Below, piece after piece: positions 13,101-25,100 of a stretch of 64,000 nt of DNA. Below the pieces are notes generated by a model, which made no database searches, was not told the DNA's origin, and worked only from the letters and a program-made list of their open reading frames with translations. The position numbers and the translations under genes are program-made. The stretch lies in assembly GCA_964199315.1 (NCBI GenBank), contig OZ116706.1:27280001-27344000 (forward strand). Reading direction: 5' to 3'. This DNA comes from Orbicella franksi (Eukaryota). The number at the start of each line of letters is the position of its first letter. Position 1 is the stretch's first letter.

Positions 13101-16100
13101 TTGCTTATTATTTATTAAGAGGGACACTTACTTGGATGTTTGAAAGCAATATTTAAATATGCATGCGCAATTGTATAACTTCAACATGAATTATTAGCCC
13201 AAGGCTGAACCTTGGAAAAAGGGTTGAATAAAAAGGAGAGGCCTTAAAAGAATTTTTTTTGGTTCGAGTTAATTCCTCGGTGTAGAGAAGCGCAACATAT
13301 GAACAGTACTTACGATTTTAAGTTCGCTCGCCATTCTTCGAAGTCAAGCTTGTTGTCTTGGTTTACGTCGGCAGACTTCAGCGCCTTTTGGATGTCGAGG
13401 ATCTTCTCACGTTTGAAGGACAGTTTATCCAACATCTTTTGGTATCCCTACAAAGCGAATCAGAACGCCGACATCACCGCTAACGTTTCGCTCGCAAATG
13501 GAAGCCCTTACAGAGCTTTTAGGTAAACATGGTTCATCAAAGAACCCAATGAAATTTCTAGCGCGCCAAATGGTTTACGATTCTAGACTTGCATAATTTT
13601 AGACAAAAACAGGGCCACCAGCCCGTTGAAAGGTTCTTAATGGCGACAGACCTGGTGTGTTTGGGGCGGAGACAAATTTCACGGCCAATAACAGACCAGT
13701 AACGTTTACCGTTTTCTTGGCAAAGCCAATAAAAAGATGACCTATTCTGCGGTTGCTAGGCGACAATTAACAGCTGAATGCGCGGCAGGAAAACTGGCAT
13801 AAAAAATAATCTTGGCTACAGAAAATCAAACTTTTAAGACACCTGTTCTTTTTTATTCCTTGCTTTTAATTTCTTCGAATGTTTCACCACGTGCTGAGAA
13901 TAGCGATTGTAAAATTACTTTTGTTTCAGACTTAATGGCGCAATTTACATGTTAGACGAATTCCAGGGTTCATAAATAACAACAGAATTTCCCATTTTCG
14001 AGAATTTCCCCTAGCTATAATTACGAACGTGAAAGAAAATATAAACTACTTTATTGATGTTTCAGCACAGCAATTATTGAAATACCTTACGGCGACCAAA
14101 AGACAAAGGAGCCGAAAGCACAATAAGTAGGTGCCATAAATTCTCTTTTAAAATGCAGAATTCGACAGGAAATTAGACAAGTTTATTTATTATTAACAAA
14201 AAACTGTCTACGGACTCTCATCAACGGGAAACATTACAAACACGTTAATTACTATTTGACACGAAACCTCCTTCTTGCCAATTTATACCGCAAGCTTTCT
14301 GCTCTGCAGGCTAAAACGACAAAATTTGTTCTTTAAAGTTTCGTTCTGCAGCAAAGTTTTATCGCAAGTCTTCCATTTACATTTGTAAGATGCAACCCAA
14401 AGAGGTTCTTTAATTAACATACCCTGACTCGCTTTCACCGGCTACGTTTTTAAGTAAGATTTTAAAGTCGGGAGTACGAAGACACTTTTGCAACGATAGA
14501 TCAAGCACTCAAAACAGTCCCTAAATTCCAGATATAGCTTTTCAACTTACAAGGTGAAGCTTTTATAAAATTCACCCATGGAATTGAATCAAATTCCACG
14601 TAAACCCCCTGGTTCAGTTGAAAGTTTACGGGGCGAATTCCTATTTTGATTACGTAACCGTTGCACGGCAAAAATGAAAACTTTCGACTAAATTTTCTAG
14701 AGCTTCCTTCGGTACACATCCGCACAAATTGACAAAGCGCTTGCAACTATTTTGCTTTACTTAGGGCTGGTTTTTTTTGGATAATTTTTATAAGACCAGT
14801 GCTTACGAAGCGTCAATAAACCTACATTTGCAAAACTTATAGGGCAGTGCATTTTACTCCCTTAACTTTTTCTTTTTGCCTTTAAAATTATATTCACGTG
14901 TAAAAATTAAACAACCTTGGTGTCATTTTGGTAGACAAATGTAAGTGATAACATTTGCGAAGATGCAGAGTTAACAGCGCGATTTTTCATTTGACGACAA
15001 CGCAACTTTTGACTGAGTAAAAGGAGATCAGTCACGGTATTTTGAGTGATTTTGGCCATGAACAGAATTGCTTTAATTCGAAGGAAACCTGAAAATAATC
15101 GTTTATTGAGAGAGCAAAACACCAAAAGATAATAATAAACCGTAAAGGAAAAAGGATGGTTAAGGATGGAGAAGATTGACACGGATTACAAACGAAGAAC
15201 TTGAAAAATTTAAGGTGGCCGAACACAGTTTTCGCGCGCGCTTTTGCTGATGCAATTCAGCGCGCGCGCAAGGATTGCAAAAAATAAACATGCCGTCAAG
15301 AGAGCGATCATTCTATTTACTCAACACCCGCAGTATCTGTGCTATTTTTCTCTATAATTGAACGCAGTGCATTGATGGCTTTCGTCATTTATTACAAAGA
15401 TATGTTAGAAAAGGTAACGATGCAAAGAACCCAGCAATTCTCAACTTTTTTTTGTTACCGAAAAGAACCCAGTTAAATGCAGCGCATGCGCAGTAAGTCA
15501 AAAAATTGCGATTTGATGAAAAATTGCACTCTCGGAAGTACGCCTATTTCTCGAGAACCACTCACTAGAATTTCACGAAATTTGGCACGAAAATACTCTA
15601 GGAAATAAGTTATTGGAGTATTGAAGATAATTGAACTTTAATAAAGGAAATTCTAGATATTCCAGTGAACCTTCAACAAGGGATAATTAAAGATCTCTCT
15701 GTTAAATTATTAGCAAAATGGTGTTAACTTGTGAGAATCGTTACAAGCTTGTTGCTTGCAAATTATACAGAAAATCTAATGACTAGATTTTCTGCAAATA
15801 AAACAAAACCAATTTTAAAGGCCTGTTCATCTTTATTCATGTTGCCATGGCAACGGCACAAATGTCAGCTTAACCATCAAAAAACCAAAGTTTGTGTTGT
15901 TAACTTGCTTGCTGCCATTTTTGGCGACCTAGAGATCAAGGGTTTTAGAGAAATAGGTGAATGAAATACAGGTATCAACAACTGTGTTCAGCCACCTTAA
16001 GCTAAACTTTACAAGATGTGCAAACCATTATGAAGCTCCTTTAAGTCTCAAAGTATTAAGTGCTCTAACCACTTGCATTACGTTTCTTTCAAAATTAACA

Positions 16101-19100
16101 TCGATAACTTTCTGGTACATCAAAAGAAAGGCCTCCTTGATCAATTTCTTAATTCGTTTTACCTGTCCGCACCTGACAGCCAATTGCTAGTAGGAAGAAA
16201 TACAATGTGGATCACTCTGGAGTTCACCTACCTTCTTGAAGTAGTCACCAATCTCAAACTCGCTCTTCTGGGTGGCGATGTTGGATTTGACTTCAGCGTA
16301 CGTGTCGTTAATGATGGCCAAGAACATATTAAGCAGGACAAAGAACACGAAGAAGACATAGGTGATGAAGAAGATTGGACCAAGGACACGGTTGGCAGCC
16401 TCCAGAGCATGGAAGTCGAAATCACCCAGGATAATACGGAAAAGTGTAAAGCTACAAGGAAAAATTAAAAAAAAAAAAGTGCACATGAATTCCAAGATCA
16501 GATCGAAACGCCAAAAAATCGAAAGAAATGAATTAGACTTGAATGCAAGGCGTTTATGCCTGCGATGTGCAATGCTTTGCGTGGTTCAGTAAACACGCGC
16601 GCGTGGTCTACACGCGTGAGGTCTATAAGTACGCGCGTGGAATCAGTGAGATCCGCGCGACGAGAGCGAGTCATGAACCTATAACACAGTGAGAATTACC
16701 AAAGCCGTCCAGAGCCTAGTTGGCTATTCTTTGCAAGGTTTCTCACAAGTATTACACTCGTACAGGTTTTTAGTGTTCAGATTTGAGCGCGCCTGTACGT
16801 GCGTGGAAATCGAGTTCTGCTTGCACTCGCGTGAACGGCCACGCCCGTATTTGAGGGGATGTTAGTAGAACCCTTCACATCCAAGTCTGATACTTACATG
16901 GCGTCCTCGAACGTGCTGAAGTCGCGCACCTGAGTGCCAAACACAAGGTAACCCAGCTGCGCGTACGCGAGAAAGATGATGAAGAACATGACTGCAAAAC
17001 CACCAACGTCTTTGGCACACTACGAAAGAGAAAGAAAACAAACTTTTAGGGTATTGAGCCGAAAAAAATATGAGAGGAGATAATGTGTTGTTTTAGAATT
17101 GGTACTTCTTAGGAGTGAAAAAAATTTCAAGCCACGCCCACAAAAAACAGGATCTTGGTACCTCTTAGGGATTCTTTTCAAAATTTCTGACGAGCACCCC
17201 CGGTCCTTTTTATATGGGAGTCCCCCCCCCCCCCCACGGGGCTCGCAGTCTCAAAACAGTCTGTCTGCCTGTGTTCACTCAAGGGGGAATTTTCTTCAGT
17301 AAGGCTAGCCCTAAATCATATGGACAACGTTCATTTAAAGTTGTCTTAATATGCGACTGTTAACTACATGAAAGTCCAAAGTTAATCAATACCTTGGATG
17401 TTCAATTTACCAAATGATAATAATAATTTAATGATAATTATTTTTTTAAAAAAGAAAAAATGTTACTCTACATTGTTGAGAGTGGCTGACAACTGGGTCA
17501 TGGTCTTGTTGAAGCTGATGTACTTGAACACCTATGGAGAAGATAAACAGCTACATTAAATAGAGTTAAACCCATAACATGGCAACGACAGCAAAGCGAT
17601 AAACTTTCCATAAGATCGATTTCTGTATCCCGACCAAGAAAAAACCAATCAAGACGCTCGAATTTACCCCGAGACCACCTTGCCACATAATAATGAAAGA
17701 TGCTTTTTTTCTCAAAATCATCCCCCCTCAAAAGTCGAATGGTCCAACCCTAACAAGAGGCTATGTAGTCGGCTACAAGCGCGGAAAATTTACCTCACAA
17801 AAAGCGCGGGAACTTTACCTCACAACAAGCGCGGGAACTTTAACTCACAACAAGCGCGGGAAATTTACTCCACAAAAAGCGCGGGAAACTTCGGACACGT
17901 GAGCAAACTTACTTTTAGTTTGTCGCATCTGATTTAGATGGAAACAAAATTAATATATGTCTCTTCATTGTAGAAAAAGAAACAAATATTTTTACAACCA
18001 CTAGTAGAAACCACCTTATAGACAGAATAAACGTACGAGTTGTTGTTTTACCTTGATCCAGGCGAAAAATACGGCCACCGCCACCATGTTGTTGAACTGG
18101 GTCTGCCAGAATCCCAGAGAGTCGAAGTTTGCGTATTGCGTGTTGTCTGCCAAAAGCCCCTTGAGCAAGTGGTCCACCGCAAAGGTACGATAGAGGTTGA
18201 AGGCTATCGCCACATAGCCCAGGAAAATGACAATAATGTCGAGAACATTCCAGAAACTCTTGAAGTACTTCAGCTTGTGTTTCTTAATCTCCAGGATCTC
18301 TTCGATGGTGTAGTAGATAATGAAAAGGATGAAGATGCCCTCGCAGGCCATGACGAAGTGGTCGAAGGCGGTGACGTAACGAATCAGCTTGACCGTGCGG
18401 AAGGTGAAGGACGGAATACAGCCGCCTGTAGCTGGGTATTCAAACACCAGTCTGGAAAAACACAACAGGAACAAATATTAGACTTGGATTGAGCACATTT
18501 AATTGTGATTTACTTTAGTTAACTTCCAAGAGTCGGCTGTCAGTCTTGTTAAGTGGTAACTAAAGGAGAAAACAGTACGTTTTCAGCAGTACAGTACAAG
18601 AGCATGTTCAGGCAAGATGTGGCTTCCATTGCACAGTTTACTGGCCACTCTGGTTCACTTTGGCCAGCTTTACTGAATCATCTCCCTCCGTATTCTGGTC
18701 CATGGTCAACTTCACAAATTCTTATCTGAGTCATTGGAATCCTTCCCCCTGAGTTAAAGCTGCAAAGGGGACCTCCATCCTATGAACTTCCCCCATTTTA
18801 TTCAGTGTGGCGATGTCTAAAGAGGAGGCAGTGTGACCAAGTGGTTAGGGTGCCAGACTTGAAATCCGGAGGGCGCAGGTTCAAGTCCTGCTCTGACCAC
18901 TAAGCTGGAGTTGTTTATCGGTAGACCCTAGTTCAACTCCTCAGTCATGCTTGTAAATAGCCAACTGGTCTGTCTCCTGCCAGTTGGGATTTTTAAGTCT
19001 ATTATGTTTAGTTGATATAAACCACAAGAATCTAGACTTGAAACACACATGCCAAGATCTGACTTACCTGATTATACAGAACAAGTTGATGTTGGCATTG

Positions 19101-22100
19101 TAAACTGTGAAGTCGATGAATACAACCCTTGTTCCACGGTCTAACCACAAGTTTTGCTGAAAAAGAATTTCAACAATATTTAATACTGTTTTTCAAGGAA
19201 GTTGTACAGTAAAAAACCTGTGTATAAGAACCTGGATTTTAAGAGCTTGTTAGGCTGAGATTCTCCAGTTAGATCTGTCATTCATTTATATATATAAACC
19301 TGTTAAAACTAACTTGGAAAAATCCAGGTTCTTATATGTGGGTTTTCACTGTATTTCATTATTGGTAAGCCAAGCAACCTGACTGCCTGCCTTAGAAGAA
19401 ACTGCCTGAGAGAAGTGTCTGTTTTAGAGAAGTGGCTGTTCTTGAGGTCTCTACATTAGTGACTGTCTGGATTAGCAACTGTTTGGATTCGTGACTGTCT
19501 GGATCAGAGATGTGTACAGCTATGTCTCACTTTAAGAGATGTCTGTTAAGGAAGATACCTATAGGAAAGTCCCCCACCTTACATTTTCTGCTTTTGGGGT
19601 GGTGTCTGTTTGAACAAGGTGACTTTAGATAGGTGACTGCCACATTTTCAAAGGAGGCAGGATTGTACTGCATTTAGACCAATCTGAAGCTATTTCTTAG
19701 CTATATCTGTCACTGACTGGGCTGTATTATATGGATTGGTGACCAAGCAGGTGGTCAAGATGGCTGGATATTGAACAAGTTCTCTCTTTTGTTGCGTGTT
19801 TTCTTTTTTAAGGACTGAGATGAGTCGAGGTCCATGAACGTGCAAATATCTAGCCATCTTGCCACCTGGACCAAACAAGCTTGGTCAACAAAGGATGTAT
19901 CATATGGAAAAAGAGCACTATTATCATCTGGGACACAGCAGGTTATCCTGGGTAGGAAAGATACTGCCATCTTGCCTGCTAGGGTAGCCAATGACAGTCT
20001 AGGATTTGGTTCATCTTGCCTGCTCATGGAGCAAGCCATACTGACCTTCAACTCATCAATCAATTTCTTTGTTTCCTCCTTTTTGGGTTCTAGAAGCATT
20101 GTAAACCCACCGCCACCATATGATGTAATTCTTCCCCAGTGTGACCGGCCATCAAGCTCCTTCTCTGTCTTGAAAGTCCAGCTGTGGTAGAAAACAATGG
20201 ATTTTACTTCAAAGTTTGTGAAAAGAGAAATTCACATTCAAAAGCCAAGTGCCATAAATAGATGACAGCTTCTTTCTATGACTTTATTGCTAGGTAATAA
20301 ATACTTCTACTAACTGAGTTTGAGGTCTGTACTGTAAGTTACAGACTGAGTTTTTTTCCCCTTCAATTTATGGCCTAAGTGCCAAACATGCAGGCCATAA
20401 ATTGAAGGGGAAAAAAAATGAGGATCTGTAACTTACAGTATGGACCAAGAAGATAAGGTTAGTACAATATTAATTTTATTACATCTCTACTGCATGCCTG
20501 ATGATTTCAGGAATGATTTCTATTCACATGGAATGGATTTTCACTCACGCAGTGCCATTTTTTAAGCCAAATGGATCCTCATCTTGAGCGCCTGGAGAGT
20601 AAGGTGCATAGCATTCATGGATGACGCTCTTGAAATCATCATGTACACTGAAATAAAGAACATTAACACAATTAAAATCACTGCCCTTGCTGGTATTTGT
20701 AATGCAAAAGTGCTATGCTTTTATTTAAAAAATTGAAAACATGCTCCATGTTTCTATCAAGCTACAGACACACCAGTGCAAGTTTGGGAGAACAAGGAAA
20801 TTTTGCGGGAACATGAGCCAACAGGAAAGTGTTTCCACAGCTTTTTCAAGTTCTCCCAAACTCCCACGAGTGTCCACAACAAAAAAAAAAGAGAAAAAAA
20901 CTTGCTTTGATCATCAAAATGTAAATTCTCTTTGCTCATGCTATCATTATGTCAACAGCTCATGCTAGTTCTGTCTTTCTATCGAGCGTTCTATCACAAA
21001 TGCCACATTCTGATTGGCTATGCTACTCACTATCTATTCTGTGATAGATAGTCAGTAGCGTAGCAGTGTGCCCTTGTTAACAAAATGACGGCCTCTTCTT
21101 GGTGTTTTCGAAGTGTCTGTGAAGAGGATTTAGATAAAGTTTTGAATGACTAGTAGATTTATACTAAAACAATTAGATTATTCGCTCTCGATTTCTATGC
21201 CTGATAGAAATCTCAAGCTCATAATCTAATTGTTTAGTAGAAACATGATTTTAAACCAATCGGTGCATTTGTTTCTCCAGGTTATTTTCTAATTCAGATT
21301 TATGGAACCTGTACAACCTTTTATGTACTGCAAAGGTACTGAGGGGAAAACGGTATCAACATTCACTTACACACAGGAATTATTCTTGACTCGTAGCTGT
21401 CTGAAGCGTGGTCGCCCAAGGATTTTGTTTTCAAAATAGATGTAGCCAAGATCCTCTTTCGATACATTCTGGTCATTGTAGTATTGTTCCCAGTACAAGC
21501 CGTCAGACAATGGACCAGTCGTGTACTGTAGAAATCGGCAAAAAAAAAAGAACAGCTCATTGACCATAGGTGCAACTGAACTGGAAATTCAAAGACTGTA
21601 ATAAAATTTTGCTAAAAGTAATAAGTTGAATTTTACATCCCCACTAAATCTTTACGCACATAACAGCCAATTTGAGTCACTGCAGTTGAGCTCCACCATC
21701 TATATGGAATTTTTTGGGCCAATTAAATCACAGAATCTTTTAAGTTGGGGAAGGATTATTTTCTCGAAGAAATGTATCTACACCATATTGTCTCAAGTTT
21801 GTTTAGTCAGCATTGTAAATTAGGACATCATTGTTGTGTTTCACATCCTATTTTGCCAGAAATCCTCATAATAATCATGTTCTCCTTATTTCCAGTTCTA
21901 CGTTCTTAGCTTACCATCCAGAACTCCTTCATTGTGGTTATATCCTTGAAAGTGTTTCTGTTTTCCATTGTTGTCTCCACAAACAAATCTGAAAAAGGTA
22001 TCAACACAAGCACAATTAAATTCAATTAGCTTGATCTAATCTAACTGAAAGCTGTGTTATGTATTTAGTCTGTGTTCAATCTTAGAGGCCCATCACAGAA

Positions 22101-25100
22101 TTCAGTAAGATTACTCCAGCACTGAGTTGCTTGTAACCTTGTAAGCATCTCAGTCAAGATTCGATCTCAGACTAGCTCACTGCTCAATTCAGAGTCTAGT
22201 ATGCACACTCTTACTGTTAAACAACCAGACTTCTCACAGCTAGACAGAGTAAACACCCGGGGGTACTCCCCTATGAAAGGTTGTGGATGCTTGACGTCTC
22301 GTTCAGGGGTATAAATCAAGGATTCTGGTCTCACTTAGGGTGATCGTGACAAAACACCACTTTCGCTGTCAAAGTATCTCTCAGGGTGCACTCAAAGAAA
22401 TAGTAGTAAAAAAACGTTCCTATTTCCATTTCTAGGCTCAATTTCTGCTCGTCTCTTGAGTCTGGTCTACTCGCTACTGTAGTCTTTTAGGGGTCAAATA
22501 AAGCCCGAACCACACCCAGATTGGTCTCCTTTAGGGGTTTAAAATTCGACAAATTTTTCGATGAGTATCCCGAACCTTTTCATATGGGAGTTGCCCCATT
22601 CGCGAGTAAACATCCTACTTACCTCTCATTACTTTGGTGTAGTAGTACATGGTGGAGTTTGTCATTCCAAATGTCACTGAAAAAAAGAAGATTTTTCAGT
22701 CTTTGTCATTCTGCAATGTTTCATGCATTTATTTTGTAGGCTGATGGTCTTTATCTTCTATTGGATTCCACTACATTTATGAGAGAATCATCACTATCAT
22801 TGTGCCTTGTGTACCTAATGTCAGGACAAACATTGATTGCCAAGCTCAATATTTGCCCCTGTCATGGGTCATGGAGAAATGTTGTAGTTTGGTGCATAGA
22901 AACATCACAGTGTTACATAGTTCACACTTGGCAGGGAAAAGTAACAAAACTTTGTGTCTTGCCTAAGACCATAAACCAATCACAATTTTTTATGTGAAAG
23001 TTTAATATAAGGTCTTAACATTTCTGACCACCAAATTATACACTCATGTCCTGAAGTCCATTTAACCCTTTACCCCCTAAGAGTGCAAATTGGCACACAA
23101 GGTCATACCTTTGTGAATATTTGATAGATTTCTATGAATTTTTGCCATGAAAATTGTCTTGTGAAGATCTACTCATTGAAGTCATAAAATTTTGACCCCC
23201 TCCCATCCAAGACATGGTTGATTACCCCCAGAAGTTTTTAGTTCCTTTTTCAGGATGCAAATGGAATGCAAGACTTGTTTCATCTCAAGCTATGCTCTAA
23301 GAGCTGCTAAATAAGCTATAGTTAAGGGGTATACCTAATATAGTGGAAGATTGATATATTTTTGAAGTCGTTTATTTTCTCATTTTAAAGCAATTTCTCT
23401 CAAAATGTCTACCTCCTTCATAGTTGCTGATGTCAATTCTTAAATAAGCTGATTAGTGGCTTTCAAATGGCATATTGAACACAGGCAGAGTGTCTTTATT
23501 TGCCAATTTGGGAAAAACTGCCGTTCGCCTTAGGGGCTAAAGGGTTAAGGTCATTCCACTGAAATAGAACCTGCACTGAGATTTTTGAGAAACTTTGCCT
23601 ATTAATTGTTTATATTATAGGAAATTAAATTCTGAAATAAAAATGAGGGGTCCCCATGCTCGTTTAGGACCAACAGCACCTTGTTTACACCCATATAAAT
23701 CCTTATAATAGCACCATGATTGTAGTCACGATTGCTTGCTAAATTGACGTTTCCGATGATTGTTTTTTGTTCTACACTGAGAATTGGTCAATATTTATTT
23801 TACAAAGGGAAATTTAGTACTCAATTCAAAACAACAGAAAAAAATGATAGGTCACCATACTCCTTTGCGAGAAAATGACGATTTACCTCTATGGCGAGGT
23901 CCAGCCGTAAAGAAAAAGCCGCCATTTTTTAATATGCGCGCGCTAATCACGCGTGAAATTATGTGCAGTAGGGATGCACAATGCAATACTGGGGAATGAC
24001 CTTAAGGTCACCTGACTGACATTACAAAAACCCAATATCCGGTTTTACTCACATATGCAGAGGATGGTGATGAAGACCAGGTAGATTATCAGCTCCCGCA
24101 AGGTGGTCTTCACATGAGTCTCAGGATCTGAGTCAGTATCCTCTGTCTGTCGTGTTCTCCAAAACCCTACCAGTCAAAAACAAAACAATTCCTCAATGGC
24201 TGGCTAATCATAGCCCAGGTCAAACATTTAATGACCAGGGTTCTCATTAAGTGCCGGCCACCAGCTAAAAAACCAGCTATGGTGTACTTTGATTTCGGAG
24301 CCGCCTACTATTCGCAAAATAATACTTGTGCAAGTTATAAAGAGTAATTTAGGGAAAACACAAGTTTTCTGCAATGTGACTGAACCTTGACTGTCTTTGT
24401 GTCAGAGGACAGTCATGGCTGTACATGTACCTAGGGAGGGGGCATAGGTTCTAGATGTGGTATAAGTTTTCAATAATTTACGCTAACGCTGTAGGATAAA
24501 AACTGAAAAAAGCCTTTGTGATCCTTAATATTTTTGGCATTTTGACTTTTTCCAAAATTGATTTTTTCTGTTATTAGGAAATAACTCCAAGAGAATGCAT
24601 AAAATAGCATTTCTGTCAGAGCCTCACAATTTCAATTTTCAATTTCTGGGAGATCATACCCTAGACCACTCGCACTATTGGTGTCATAATGTCATGTTGT
24701 GATGATGATGTTGATGTTGATGATGATGATGATGATGATGATGATACTCTACACCTCCCTAGCTGCTTGTCCCTTCAGCCTTCGAGTCAGTGTCTGCCAT
24801 CTACCTCATGAAACAAGCCCTCTACTCCCTAAATGAATGAGACTCCCGAACTACATTTATAACAGAACTAAAGCAAAGCGCGCGCTCTGATTGGTCAATT
24901 TAGCGTCTACTATTTGCCCATGCGTGTATGCTGCTGACGTGTCTGCTAATGTTTACAAAGCAAATCTTTTGACAGATATTGTTTCCAAATTAATGGCCGA
25001 CATCCTTCTGCCAGAAATGGGAAACTGTCTTCACAGTTGTCTGAAGATGAAACTTTATTGAGTTACTGGTGTGCAGTCGGTTGTCATAAATGAATTTTCG

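Noticed and set aside
17777-17888. CRISPR-like periodicity here and at 36.5-37.0 kb
   Set aside because: The spacers are similar to each other, there are no cas genes, and the context is a eukaryotic intron.
3742-20190. ORFs at 3742-4050, 3786-4112, 16073-16468, 18040-18492 and 19834-20190
   Set aside because: Shadow or antisense frames of ARHGEF17 and PKD2 exons, with no independent support.
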